A stretch of DNA of 63,150 nt, the filler included, from Choristocarpus tenellus KU-1152 (Eukaryota > Protista > Phaeophyceae), in assembly GCA_964200185.2 (NCBI GenBank). It is 9 parts of 9 records of this genome, joined end to end, with 100 filler letters (N's around TTAATTAATTAA, not from the genome) between each part and the next. Parts side by side here need not be neighbours in the genome. Positions count along the whole stretch, not along the records: positions 10,917 to 15,725 come from CAXNAD020012978.1; positions 15,826 to 20,383 come from CAXNAD020014011.1; positions 20,484 to 26,324 come from CAXNAD020009623.1; 6 more parts are not named here. The stretch is one strand, 5' to 3'. The translations under genes were made by a program, and so were the position numbers. Within the stretch, counting starts at the first letter, position 1. Each line of letters opens with the position of its first letter. The notes beneath the pieces are model-generated. The model had not been told where the DNA came from. It saw only the letters and a program-made list of their open reading frames with translations, and ran no database searches. Shown in pieces: positions 10,817 to 24,636 of the stretch.

Positions 10817-12745
10817 NNNNNNNNNNNNNNNNNNNNNNNNNNNNNNNNNNNNNNNNNNNNTTAATTAATTAANNNNNNNNNNNNNNNNNNNNNNNNNNNN
10901 NNNNNNNNNNNNNNNNTTTGAGATGGGTGGGGTGGGTGTTGTTGTTTTATGTAAGAAAGAGGGGGGGGGGGGGGGTGGGGGGGAGTTCTGTTGTCTGCCT
11001 GTGCCGGCTGTTCATTGACTCCTGTTTAAGATGTATGTATAGTCTGTGGGCGTATGGGGATTGTAGGGCAAGGGGTGAGTGGATGGACGTTTTGTACATA
11101 CATAGCGCTGTTTGTAGTTAAAAGCAATGTTCTTGTTCTTATTTTATTTTTTTCTTACTCTTTTTTTTAAATGAGTTTCGGGAATAATATTTTGGGTATG
11201 TTTTGTTTTGTTTTTCACTCAATTTTTTTGTTTTTGTTTTAATGTGAGTTTTCGAGTTTTAGTGTGTAAATATTGGTTATTGTTTTTTATGGTAGGGATG
11301 TTTTTTTAGTCTGTCGGGGGGGAGTTTAGTGGGTGTTTGATAGTAAAGTTTGATAGTAGGTGTTTGATAGTAAAGTTTGAACATCGAGAATGTAGGGGAC
11401 CCATGCAGCTGGATGTAGCAGAGATAAATTTACCTCTATTATTATACTATTATTATTATTATTATTGCATAATGGAAGTCACATTTTTTTTGTTCAAGAA
11501 TGGGGTGCTAGCCTACACAATAATAATAGTAATAATAATAATAATAATATGATAGTAATTCTTGTTGGTTCTTGTGCAGTCCCTTTTGATCAGGTGTTTG
11601 ATCCAATGATTATTCAATACAACAATACGTGTTTGTTTGATAAGAGTTGTCAAAGAGTTGTCAAGAGTTATCAACCGGCTCCGATTGTAAGTCTCCACAT
11701 ACATTTTTTTTTTTGCAATTTAAGTGATCATTTAATAATTTAATCATTTAATCATTTAATTGGTATCCTCCTTCTCTCTCTCCTTCGAACCATTTGCTTG
11801 CTCTGCTCATCATTTGTGTGCCCACACACCTCCGAAGGTACCACCTCTGAAGGTTGGTTCCTGTTTGTATTGTGGTACACCTCTGAAGGCGTGTGCGTGT
11901 GATGTCACAATGACACGTGTGATGTTGAACTACAAAATATATATATATACCCTTCAGCAGCAGGGCCAATACCAATATATATATACCCCTCACCAACTTG
12001 GTATATACCCCTCACCAATATATATATTTATTTTTTTCACCAACCCCGAAGTCTCCAGGCTGCTGGTTACTGGCCCCCGGGTGTTGTGCACTGTGTCCCA
12101 GCAGATCAATTGCAATAGGACTGCCTTTAATCTATGATTATAAATTGTGCAATTGATAGTTGAACCACTTATGATAATAAATTGTAATCGTAATCGGGGT
12201 TGGTCATAATCTGGAGTTTGTGAATCCTCTTTGGTTCACAAGAATCATCAAATTTTTTGGGGGGTTTTCGCTTGTGCTGATTTGCTTACTAATGTACAAT
12301 CATTTTTAAATAATAATATAAACCTGTACAATAATTTTAAGTAGAGGTGGCATTTTGCGGAATGATATGCGACTAATATCCCCCCCCCAAAAAAAAATAG
12401 AAATTGATGATGACGTAAGAAAATATAGTCAATTATATATATATTTATGTTTATATTTATATTTATATTACGTTCTGGTGGTACACCTTAAAATGTCGTA
12501 CGATCCGCCGATTCCCCCCAAAATATAATAAAATATAATAAAATAGGTGGAAGTCTCCTTCTCGACCTCAATTTTTTTTTTTACTTAAAAAAAGAATTGG
12601 CGTATTTGATACCATGGCACACTTTGGCGGAGGTCAGTGGATCGTACCCGATTCAATGTATTTTTTTTATTTTATGAATCTCAATGAGATGTACTCCTCA
12701 CGGCCCTCCTCCCTATCCCTAACCCTAACCCTACCCTCCACACAG

Positions 12746-14949
12746 GAGGTCAGCAAAATTAACAGCGAAAATTTCTTTCCGTCAACAAAGTCACCAAGAT
12801 GGAGAGTTGGCTCCTGATGGAGAAACCAATTTGTCAGGGTCTGTGAAAGGCTCCGCGGGGGGGACTTCGGGGTTAATTCGAAATAGTAATAGTAGCCTTG
12901 AAGCTGAATTTGAGGGGACTGGTGCTGGTGGAGGAGACACTGCCGCCCCGGTACAAGCTGAGTTGGTGGAGGAGGAGCACTTCATGACCCCTTTGAATAC
13001 AAGAGGATTTCTCCAGGTATGTTCCCTAGTTGGCGTTTTTTGTGTGTGTGTGTGTGTTTGTCTTAGAAAGATCGGGAGTTTCTTTGTACAGACTAAAAAA
13101 ATAATATAAAAAGTATTGATGGATTTACATATATATGTAAATATAATGATACTTTTTTAATTATTTTCTAGTAAGAATTAAAGAAAGAAAGAAAGAAAAA
13201 AAAAATATATATATACATATTCTAGAACGTTTTATACGATACGATATCATCACATCCGTTCTGATTTAAGATTATTAAATACAAATAAAACTAAAATTGT
13301 CGACATGCCGGGTGTGTCAATGATGAAATACTTTACTTATTTTTATTAGTTCTATTCAATTTTTTTGTTCACCTTTGTGTACGCTTATTATTATTATTAT
13401 TATTATTCTCTTCCAATATTTCAGATGATCCGCAGCGTGGCAGCCAGGGCGGGCCACGATCAGGGGAGAGATCTCACAGATACATTCATGCAGCAATGGG
13501 TTAATGGTCCGTGCATTGCTTACATCAGGTCGGAGCCCTAGCCGCCAGCAACGGTAGCCATAACCCTAACCTCCTTTCTGAATGTTTTAAATGTTGAGAG
13601 AGATTTAATCTTACACACACACACACACACACACACATACACTGCATCAGCATATTTGTGTTGTCGGCTGATCGTGTTTTATTTTTTATGTTTTATGCTG
13701 TGGATTTTTCTGAGGGTTGGTAAGGTTTTTTCGCCATCTGTGGATTTTTCTACGTACACTTTTTTCTTTATTGGGGGGTGGTGGCTGCAAAAAAAAAATT
13801 AACTATAGATTCACCTTATGTGTGACTATTGACTAGTTTTTTTCTGCAGGCTGATGTGCTTCTGGTTGTTTTGTGCACTGAAGTGTAGTATGTGATTAGC
13901 TAGGACAACAGTGTGAAATACAGAGTATGTTCTAGAGTTGGGTGTTGCTGCTTTTCACAGGTGGACTTGACTCAAGTTTACCTACCTGATTGTGCAGGTC
14001 TCCCTACCCTCCCCACGCCCTGAAGGAACAACAAAGTACTCTATCTCTCTCTCTCTCTTTATGTCTATGTCTATGTCTATGTCAGGTGTGGGTACAACTA
14101 CAGGAAGAAGACTAACAATGTTGATGTTGTGGTGGAACAGGTGAAGCATGCCACATACTCCATACCCTGTACCCTGTACCTTGTACCCTGTACCTTGTAC
14201 CATGTACCATGTACCTTGTAGCCTGTACCCTGTACCCTGTACCCTGTACCCTGTACCCTGTACCTTGTACCTTGTACCCTATACCCTATACCCTGTGCCA
14301 TGCATTCGGTCCAGGGGGGGATAATGATGACAACTTCTATCCTCTACCTTATTTATCCCTTCAGTCCTTACAGCACCCAATATGCCTCTTAGGCGCCTAA
14401 AACACATCATGTGTCACCCCATACAGTATCAAACCTCTAGTCTCCAACACAGTCAACACAAATTCTACCGAATATTCTAATATAGACATGTTACCCCCCT
14501 ACACTCAGTTCCCTGGAACCCTACTTTCTGTGTATAACTCCCTTTACTCCCTTTACTTTACTCACTTTCCCCAAATGCAGACCAACACGCCTTCAATCCC
14601 CCCCCCCCCTCAGAGCATGTCCTTTTCCCCACCACATGATATTCCACAACGCATCTGATTTTTTTATTATTTATCTCTGTACCGATACGCCCCAACTGTT
14701 TTTTATTCCTATCCCAGTCACGCAAACAACACACACAACACACAACACACAACACTCACGGTTTTTCTGTTGGGACGTGTGCAGGTGATTCCCCCATGGT
14801 TAAGTGGGCATCCGTTCTCAGGTACAATGTCGGTGGAGGTTTGTGAGGTTGATGGGCGTTGGAGGTACGTGGAGGAAATTCCAGTGGAGAGGGGGAAAAG
14901 GGTGGTGTGGACCTTTCCAGCGCACAGTAAGGGCCGGAGGAAGCGGAGG
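12746..14949 (+). CDS. TAF2: TFIID subunit TAF2, partial (exons 12746-13016, 13425-13528, 14086-14140, 14785-14949; probably also ~12614-12657)
   Basis: Spliced: LNTRGFLQMIRSVAARAGHDQGRDLTDTFMQQWVNGPCIAYIRCGYNYRKKTNNVDVVVEQVIPPWLSGHPFSGTMSVEVCEVDGRWRY...FPAHSKGRRKRR. This matches the TAF2 pattern T.GFL...QWV...N.K.N...G.+.V.V.E.DG...P.HSK.RR; splice phases are consistent. Confidence 0.8.
14160..14297. repeat. (GTACCCT)n heptamer microsatellite in a TAF2 intron
   Basis: Direct reading. Confidence 0.9.
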
Positions 14950-15084
14950 GTGAGGTGGAGATGATGATCATACTGTTGTGGTGTGTCTGGGTGTAATGTG
15001 GCCAACTAATGGTTGTTGGGTTTTTTCACCTTATTGCTTTCAGGAGCAGGCAAGGGTTGCATTTCTAGCTTCCTCTGTTTGTGT

Positions 15085-15335
15085 GTGTTAGTGTTAGTAT
15101 TAGTGCTAGTGTTAGTGTTAGTGTTAGTATTAGTGTTAGTATTAGTGTTAGTGTTAGTATTAGTATTAGTATTAGTGTTAGTGTTAGTTTTAGTGTTAAT
15201 ATTAGTATTAGTGTTAGTATTAGTTTTAGTGTTAGTATTAGTATTAGTATTAGTGTTAGTATTAGTGTTAGTATTAGTGTTAGTGTTAGTATTAGTTTTA
15301 GTCTTAGTTTTAGTGTTAGTGTTAGTGTTAGTATT
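15085..15335. repeat. (TAGTGT/TAGTAT)n hexamer microsatellite
   Basis: Direct reading; source of the poly-VL/LT/SV ORFs. Confidence 0.95.
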
Positions 15336-16028
15336 TTACCGCTAATAAATGAGATTAAGTATGAGGCACATTGGTAAGTGAAAATGTGCATAAGGTGGCC
15401 TCCCACATGAATTTTGATGTGTAAGGACTTGCACGTGCAGGGCCGCGTAACGGTGATTTTTTTTTTTAATGCCATGGTTGGTGTTGGTAACATTTTTTAG
15501 GTTCAATTGTGTGGTATGATGTTCTGTTTTAAAAATAGAATTGAGGGTACACTTCGATAGTACTGTCCACTTACCGTGTGTGTCCTTGTCTATGTACTTT
15601 CGATAGTACTGTCCTCGTGTGGGGCCCCTCCCTCCCCCCCCCCCCCCCCCACCCCTATACCAAAATTTCAACGGGGCCTTCATTGGAATGGCCTTTTTTT
15701 TCTCTTCTTTCGATTTCCCCCCCCCNNNNNNNNNNNNNNNNNNNNNNNNNNNNNNNNNNNNNNNNNNNNTTAATTAATTAANNNNNNNNNNNNNNNNNNN
15801 NNNNNNNNNNNNNNNNNNNNNNNNNTTTATGACTACAATTATATTTTGCTTTTGCTATTTTTTTACCTTTTGGGGCGGGGGGGGGGGGGGGGGGGGGGAA
15901 GGGATCACACAGGCATCTAATTGCAAACAAGATGCAATACTCTCAAGCATCATCGTATTAATGCTCAATTCCATCTGCATCAGAGCCTACGTGCTGGGGG
16001 GATGGGGGGGGACAGTTGCAATACTCAC

Positions 16029-19000
16029 CTCACTAGTGACACGTGTTGTATAGGGGAAGTCATCAGTAGAAGGCATCACAGGGAGCAGGGCCCTCTCTGC
16101 CAGGTTGCCATGTCCCACCATTCGCCTGTTTATATACCCGAACTTCTCACACACACACAACCCACACACAACCCCCACACAACCCCCACACACAACACAC
16201 ATGGAAGGTGACAGTTACATGTAGATGCAACCACAAGGGAGTAAGGGGAAGGAGAGACAGGTAGTACATTTACTGGAGGCCTTCACTGCAATCATTTTGT
16301 CTCGAGTTGGAGGAAGACTTCGCTACAATACTGATCCAAGCAAGTGCTACTGTCAAAAGAACAAGTTCAATAAACACATACCTACTCCTTATTTCATTAG
16401 ATAAACACATACATACTCCTTATCTCATTAAATAAACACAAAAGGTTCTTTTTTATTTCATAGATGTTTCTTAACTTATTCATATATTCTCGTACTAAAA
16501 AAAAAGTTGGTTACCCGTGTGTACAAAAAAACAGGATACAAATATCACGCACCTCTCTCAGTACAAGAAATTAGCACAGCAATCTCCATTGCAGAGGTAC
16601 TAAGCACACCAGATACATAAAGAGCAGAAATGGTCATAGCAAAGAGGTACAGCATAATTGAAAGGCCACAATAACTACCTACAGGGGGCAGGGGGAAATC
16701 AGGGGTAGTATGTTCACAACCTATCTCCTTGCTGGCTACAAAAGTGCAACCCTATTTTGTGATTTGGTTCCACGAACTCAGAATACATTCCTGCGCAGCT
16801 AGTGTCCCCAACATGTCCAGGTGCAAGCGGTGGTGGCCCCTTGATCACCTTTCCTATTTCGTTGACAGAATAAGGAGGAAAGTCGTACTGGAGGTACAAG
16901 CCTCCCTGCGTGCCTGGGTTATTCTGTGGTGTCTCTCCAAGGAAACTTTCAAGATCAGAAGAAGCAGCAATAACATGGGGGGGGGGGGCAAGAGATGGTG
17001 TTACGGGGGGCGCGGGAGACAATATGGGATGCATCCTTCCTGCTTTGCTTTCTGCTAGACATCTGTTAGAAAAAACCCCCCTAGAAATACTAGTGCTATT
17101 GACTCCGCTTCGTGATCATTGTTACAGGTACAGGGTAGTAAACAGAGAGAGGGGTGAAGTTGTGTCGAGGGGCGTGGGAAGGAGGAGGAAGCAGGGGGGG
17201 AAAGAGTGAGGGAGGTTGATTCAGTGATAAGTATGGAGGAAGCGGCATGTGAAAGGTCAACAGTTCAACCTGACAACTTCAAGTTCAAGACGTAGCATAC
17301 TTCGTGTTTGAGAGTATGTGTGTGTGTGTGTGTGTGTCCATGTGCTTGTTGTGGGGTGTTCTTATCATCAAATTTCATTCGGGAGAACTAAACGCCATCT
17401 ACATCGACTGCATCTAGTTCTAGTCCACCTTATCTGGTGTGATCACACATTCAGTGCCACCATGCACCCTTTCAAACATACAGCAACTGAAACAACATCA
17501 CTACTACTACTACTACTACTAATGATAGTGATGATAATTATTATTATTATAATTAAAAATATTATGGCTTCTCACCGCTGAGGCTTGGTATCCAGAGCTG
17601 GTCCTAAGGTTACGGTGGACAGACACTGTGTTTCACCCCTCGTGAATAGACCAGACCCATGCACCACAGGTAAAACATCAACCTTCCAGAAGAGATAGTT
17701 GCAAGGGAGGGACAGGGTAAATCTAAGCAACAGCTACTTCAAACCTTGTACCACCGCATCGTGTCTGACTGTCGCATATACACTTCAAACTTAGGGTTAG
17801 GGTTTATCGAGGTAAAAGAGATAAACTTAGGGTTAGGGCTCTAGACCAAAAAGAAAAATGATTTGTGGAAATGAAGGAACAATAATACAAAAATGCACTG
17901 CTCTGATTTCGTTAATACCACATCATCAATACCACATCCTCAATCAGAGCCCTCGTACCAAATACTGTAAATTGCATATGGCGGGGCCCTTGGGATGTTC
18001 AGAATACCATTTGGCCATAAGTGGACTATACTGGTATAACTCATCTGCTGGCAGCATTAGAAAGATACTATACTGGTACAACCCAACACATTAACTACTC
18101 AGTAAACCACGGACAAATGAGATTAAAAAAAAAAGAGTTCAGTAAACCCCACAGAACATTTTCGGTGATGCGGAATTCAGTGACATACAACTAGGCAGCT
18201 AAAAACTTCTTCAAATCCCCCATGGGGGGAGGTGTCAGATAGCATTTGTAGTCTTGTGGGCGGTTAACTTTACTGCAATTAAAAATAGTCTATTGGTTGG
18301 GGACAGAAAGGCTAAGCTAAAAAACTCTCACAGAGTGTAATCACACACACACAATATATGCCAAAAGGTAACAACTGCCGCAAGTCCCCCCCCCCCCCCC
18401 CCCCAAACAAAAAAAAAAAAAAAAAANNNNNNNNNTCCCCCGATTCTCCCCCCTTCCCCCCCCCCCCCCCCTCCCCTTCTTAAACACCCCCCCACCGCCC
18501 CCCCCCCCCCCCCCCAGAAGATAAGATAACAAAACTTGTGAATTTGTAACAACAACAACCATACCACCGATGCAACTGTGGTAAAGGGATGGCGCAGACC
18601 TCAGCTACAAAAAAATATTTCGGGTCCAAGTCCTAGACCATGGGACCCTTACCATTTTGTTCTCATTTGAGGTACTTCAAGGTTCTACTTGGGGGGTTGT
18701 TAACCATTGTAACAGCAGATCGGTATACAATTATTTTACCTAATCAGAAGGTGGATTACTACTTTGGGGGGTTGGGGGGGAACAAAAGTACAGATTTGTA
18801 TTCAGTTATTCTAAAGGCAATCAAAGAGATGGGAAAGCACGGCACTGTACCACCCCAAAGGCAATAAAATGCACACAAACTGAGAAGATTTCACACGAGC
18901 ATTTCATTCATTTACCCCGATCAATGTGGAGGTGTTGACAGTTTTTCATGACATGAAATGATATCTCCACTCAGCATCAACATTTAAAACATTTAAACGG

Positions 19001-19640
19001 GTGCATTGCAAGGAGCGGGAGGGCTAGGCTCATACCTCTGCAGTCATTGATCGCATGTCACTCAGCTTCCTTCCATCCCGCCGCAGCCCTTTCTCATTCA
19101 CCACTATGCGCATGGCCTGCTTCACAACGCCCTCAGCCGCAGCAGACACTGTCATTGGCAACGCCTCTGGAAACCTACCCTCAAAAACATAATCAAGGCA
19201 AAGGAAATGACACGGTCAGAGATCAGAGACAGGCTAGGGAGAGCAACCAGGGAGGGGGGTCTTGTACAAAACATAAGCTCCTTCACGCCTCTGGGTGGAA
19301 ACTCAAGGGCCTCATTTGAGAGCACTGAAGTAGGTGCAACTACTCTCATGCTCCCCTCGGAGTAGGTGCCAACCAAGACTTTTGAGACACCCCATTGGCA
19401 GGTGCAACTACACACATACACACACACACACCATACCAACCTCGCACAAACAATGACAACTCACTTTTCCTGAAGGGCTTTTCGAATTTTCCTCAGGACT
19501 GCACCCTCCGCCTTCCCTCGGTTGACCTTCATTGCCACCTTGGGATCATATCCCTGGTCTGGAGTACAGAGCTCCATTGCAGAAGAGAGTCCAACTAGCT
19601 TCGCCTCATCCAGCATCTCCTTCATATCAGCGGGTTGGGT
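16029..19640 (-). CDS. pnp: Polyribonucleotide nucleotidyltransferase (PNPase), organellar, partial multi-exon
   Basis: Exons encode [55 protein letters not shown] and [35 protein letters not shown], the second RNase PH domain motifs of PNPase. Confidence 0.92.
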
Positions 19641-20483
19641 ACAGAAATTATAGAGAGGGAAGGGGACATGAACCCCGGGGGGAGGGGGGGGGGAGGATTG
19701 AGGAAGGAAGAATGCTTCATGATTATTTCTCTTGTCTCTACTGTTGTTCATAGATGATTTAAATCTTGGACATGAACATATGAGTGTATTGAGGGGGCTG
19801 GTGGGCGTAGGACATAGCAACGATCCTTTGTGCATTGTGATACCAACCCTTGACCCCTCCCGCCCTACCCTTCACCACCATAACAAACTGCTCCTGCTGC
19901 AAGTAGCGTCTAACCTGAGACGGATTGGTGTCCAGTGTAGGACAGTTCTTGGTCACGGCCACCTTGCTGGCAAGGTCCGTCTGCAACCTTAGGATGGGAC
20001 CCATCTTGAATACCAAGCATTGAGGAAAAAAACACATGCCGAGAGGGTGGAAAACTACATTCAAGCAAGTTGTCGTCTTCGAATTTGACACATGTTGACA
20101 CACTGCTACAGTTCCGAATCGTTAAATACTATCCCTAACCATAACTAGTAGGGTTTCTTGAAGAACAGAGCAACACTTGAATAAAGTGTAAAAGGGGCTA
20201 CAGAAGGTGAGGGGGGGTGTTGGTGAGTGAATCATCATCATCATCATCATCATCATCACTCTTACGCAATACATCGTGGGTGATCCATCAAGTCAGGGCA
20301 CTTTTGGTGCAGGGTGATGATTCGGCTGGCCAAAGGGGTCAGAGTGGTCGTAGCCTCAAGACCACAGCTCTAGAGCTTCCCACNNNNNNNNNNNNNNNNN
20401 NNNNNNNNNNNNNNNNNNNNNNNNNNNTTAATTAATTAANNNNNNNNNNNNNNNNNNNNNNNNNNNNNNNNNNNNNNNNNNNN

Positions 20484-20599
20484 CCCTGGTGTAGACCCCC
20501 CCCCTCCCAGATACTTTGGGTCCATAACCAACCCATGGGAAGCCAAGTCCCAAATGGACAAACAGGGCAAAACTCGCACCCTCTAAGATACTTTCACTC
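20484..20599 (+). mobile_element. Long-spacer end of subfamily A MITE (20523-20599) with nested subfamily B long end (20484-20522)
   Basis: CAAATGGAC(20551)-26-AGATACTTT(20586)-CACTC. The preceding CTGGTGTAGACCCC..AGATACTTTGGGTC matches 10666-10709 in reverse complement. Confidence 0.8.
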
Positions 20600-23500
20600 A
20601 CTGGTGAGGTGTCCATCAATGCAATCCCCTGATTCAATTCGGTTTGGGTCTCCAGATCGATTGAACCTTCGATTTTTCGTATTTCCGTGGGTAGTATGGT
20701 AGGCAACAGATAGTTTGGGTATCTTCACTGGTACGAGAATGAATGCATGTCATTGGAAAATGGAAGCAATGGAATGCAGGCACCAAGGTGTCATGTGCGG
20801 TCAAGCACGATCAATGTCTGGTAATAAAGTATGTGTCATATTAACCAAACCTCTACATGGGCACATCTTCTATTGGTCAACCCATTATAGTCCCTAGGTC
20901 CCTACACTAGGTAATATTTTGGCTAAGACCACGCACATCAAAGGGACTTGAGTCACCAAAATACTCTCAAATGTGTATACATACAGAATGGTCAAATTTG
21001 AGAATTCCACGGATTCGGATTGGGATTGGTATGACCACTATGGGCATGGGCATGGGCAATGGCACTGTGATCCTATCTGATGGAGGGATACTCCGTTCAA
21101 TAAACCAGCACAAGCATGTACCCTGACCGATACAGAAAGTTCCTAATGCGATTCCTGGCAGTCGTTAGACCTGAATTATCTCTGAAACCAAGGTGTGAGC
21201 CCCATAGTGGACCAATCGCATCAGTTTACACTTCAAAGTACTAAGCTAGAACTGGGGTTGCCAACAATTACTCCACGTGATCTACTGTCACAGACGTCAA
21301 AAACAAGCTCCATTGGAACTGCCTTAGATTATAATCCAGGCAGCACGAAAAATAGTCAATATATATATATCACCATGGCATGACGAATCCAGCAACCAGG
21401 CAGCATCACACAATAGTACATACATGAACTACACGCCACCATTCACTCTGTTAGATTGCAACGCATAAAATAACCACACTGGGTGCCCGTTTATTATTCT
21501 GCGAATCGGGTGTAAGGGGAGTCAAAAGCAAACACCATATGTAGAAGAAGTTCTGAGAGAATAGGAATGCTGCAAATCCCCTCTACCATATGCACTGTTA
21601 TTGGGGACGGCATACAGCCCAATACAATGCCATCGACCAGGGATAAATCAAGGAATATCCTCAATTTGGAGAGATGTGCAAGCCCTCCCAACACCATGAG
21701 GAGAATTCAAGTGACTCACCCCTCAGAGAAGAAGCTCTGGAGGATCTTGGTCATGCAGCTGCTGACAGCCCCAAAGGCAAGCTCAATCGATATCTTCTCG
21801 GGACCATCTTGAAGGTTGTAGAGGAAGTCAACAGTCTGAAGAGAGGAAGTGTGAAATGCAGGGAAGGGGACTGCGATGAGGAAAAAGCCTTGCAGACACA
21901 CACAATAATCTGATATGGTAAGGAGGCAAGCTGGATTGTGATGGGATAGGACATCAAATGTTCCGGACATAGAAATTTATGGGATATGCTGTGTGCTCTG
22001 TACACAAAGTACTGCTATATGGGCATGTCATACAGGACTCATCAGTTTGGAAATACATGTGCTTGTGTGAAACAACGGAAGGGAGGATTATTGGTAGGTT
22101 TGAAGCATAACCTGAGAGCAAAGGTCTCATACTGAGTTTGGGATAGATGCTGATGTAGATGAAAGGAACCCTTCTGTGGCCCAGCCATGGACAAGAGAGA
22201 CTAAGCAGATACATCAAAACCTTGATCAGGTGGGAAATAAGGCCAAATACGGATCAGAAGGAAAGCGAAGGTGCACACCTTCAGTACAAGTTGGACCAGG
22301 GTACTAGAAATGCTGTCTAGTAACACAAGCAAATACTTGGGACCATTCTAATAGGTCTTGTCTATAGTAGGTTATTACCTTAGGTTGGCTCAAGACTGAC
22401 AACAGGGCCCTTATCAGATAGTTTTGGGTAGAAACCCTAGCAAACCCTCTAAATCCAAATACATTTTTGTGCATACACACACACACACACAAATATTTTT
22501 TGCGATCACCAACTATTGGTGTTGACGTTTGGTACACACTATAACCAGAGAGCTAGCTCTGTCCAAGGCCATTCTAGGGCAAAAGGCGACTCGGGGGCAA
22601 GAATTAACCTCTTGTGCTTGGCACTATGCAACCAATAGAGTGGACTAGGCACACTCAGCACCCTGAACAAGTTCTAAATACTCATTTTGACTCTCAAACA
22701 GATCTGAAGGATGGGGTTGAGAAAGTTGGGGGTCTGGGCATACTTCTCCAGGAACACTAGTGCATTAGGAACACAGTGGTCCCCAAGATGCACACACGAT
22801 GATCCTACCTGTATGGGGCAAATTGTGAAGCTTGTGAGAGAGGGCAGATGACTGCCTACTGGTTTAACGGTACATGTGAGTTGGCGATAGAGAATTGAGC
22901 ATGTAGCATGTACGTATGTAGTCAATAATTTCTTGGACACTTTGTACCCAACTAGTATCGCTCAACACCGATATTGACCTCAGGATTTTTAACCTCGAGT
23001 CCACACCATGTCATATCCTCCTCAAGCCTTTGCAACTCCTGCACAACTCACTTCTTGAAAACAATTTATCCTTTGCAAAGAAAACAATTATCATAAAATA
23101 ACGCTGATCAAGGCACAACAGTTTAAGACAACGTACCAGCCCAGAGAGATGAGACATGGCAAGTTCTCACAGCAGACAACAATATACGCACATCAGCTCA
23201 TCCCTGTTACACGACATCTTACATATTCTGTGCACCATACATCACACATCACACGTGACAATACCTTGCTTCTACTCAAAAATCAAATGGATCATCATAT
23301 GGGAAAGTAGTCCTGGGAAATGCAATGATTGCTGTACATGTAATTGATATATCTACCACATGAACAATGCTCGAACAGACTAAAAGCTCTAGGGGCACTT
23401 GGAGTGCAAACCCTGCCAAGCTCACCCAGTACATATGTGTCTTCCGCTTCACCCTGTCAATGCAATTATCCATCCTCCTAGAAACTCGAGGAGCATCCTG

Positions 23501-24636
23501 CAGAGAAGTATTATCAGTATGAGTAAATTATCTCACCAGAAGGACTCAACAGTGGACTAGTGAGCAGGTGAACAGAAAGTGATTAGATACACATATACAG
23601 TGTATAGCATCACTGCTTAGTCTCTCATCACCCATGCAGGAATGTGTGGGGATTACAGGCTATTGTACAAAACTGCACCTTTGCCTAGGCGCAAAAAGGA
23701 TATTCTACTCTATCCTCTTCAACAACCAACAGAAGATTCCTCAAAACTCAACTCGCATCAAATGTTCAGACCTGTGTTGCAGTCAACATGTTCCACATCT
23801 ACTGCTCTTTCGGAGAATCCAACCTGTGGCAGACTCCAGATCATTTGTACAATCAAGTCCTGAGCACACAATCTTTGATCAAACAGACAGCCGAGCACAA
23901 CAGGCACAATGGTATGATTGCTACATAAGTTTAGGGCGTGCTAATCAATGTTTGCAAGGAAGCTCTACAGATTCTCAGTGCATGGGACATTGATTGTGAC
24001 CTCGTCAGGAGGGAGCACTCCACTGGTATGCAATCCTTCCAACAAAGGTATGGGGCAATTTCGATCTGCTCTACTAAAACAACAATCACATTTTCTCCAT
24101 GGAGCTACATTTTTGTTGGTGAGGAAATGAAGGGACCACATAGTATAGTACTAGGCTATTCCAGGTACAGGAGAGCAGGCTATATCATCACCCCACATTC
24201 CACTCTTTATCACCAATATCACTACAGCACAATCCGACCACAAGCCACGAATTTTGCACAACCTACAAGCACAACCAATAGTATCAAATAGGTTAGGTGG
24301 TGGGTTGACAAGAGGTCCAATAGTAAATAAAACACAAGATATCATTACATAAAATAATATTTCCAATTAACCAACGACTTGTTACTTGATGGGTTGGTGA
24401 CTACACCCCCCCATCACAATTTCATAAACAATTTTCTCACAAACTTAGTCATTGACAAGGTCAAATATGATAAATTGTCACCAATGAATCACAGGTAGAG
24501 ATCACGAAGAGCACGAACATCTCTTTATCTGGACCCTCTGAAATCCCTGTCCTGTATCCTCTACGCGATACAAGTTTCCGTAGCTCAGGAGGTCTGCCTC
24601 ACCATCAGCCCAGAACCCCGTCATGGTCTCCAACAT
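20600..24636 (-). pseudogene. DUF2009/UPF0652 family gene, probably pseudogenised (exons 24529-24636, 23426-23497, 22704-22808, 21720-21835, 20600-20666)
   Basis: EADLL..YRVEDTGQGFQRVQ | DAPRVSRRM..W | VGSSCVHLGDHCVPNALVFLEKYAQ.P..LNPILQ | ...KILQSFFSEG | FNRSG...GDCIDGHLTS, then a MITE. Two expected donors read AT instead of GT; conserved FDGSG and CIDGRLTS are mutated. Confidence 0.75.

Noticed and set aside
15013-15493. Poly-VL/LT/SV ORFs (also the GTACCCT, AATTTC, GA and poly-C/G ORFs)
   Set aside because: Translations of microsatellites or homopolymer runs
20595-20603. MITE acting as a precise introner
   Set aside because: With a predicted CAGT TSD, splicing from the new GT donor to the duplicated CAG would lose 1 nt; the other end is not visible
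22703-24528. Functional non-canonical AT-AG introns
   Set aside because: No U12 consensus; the same gene has other G-to-A lesions and a TE insertion, so mutated GT donors are the simpler explanation
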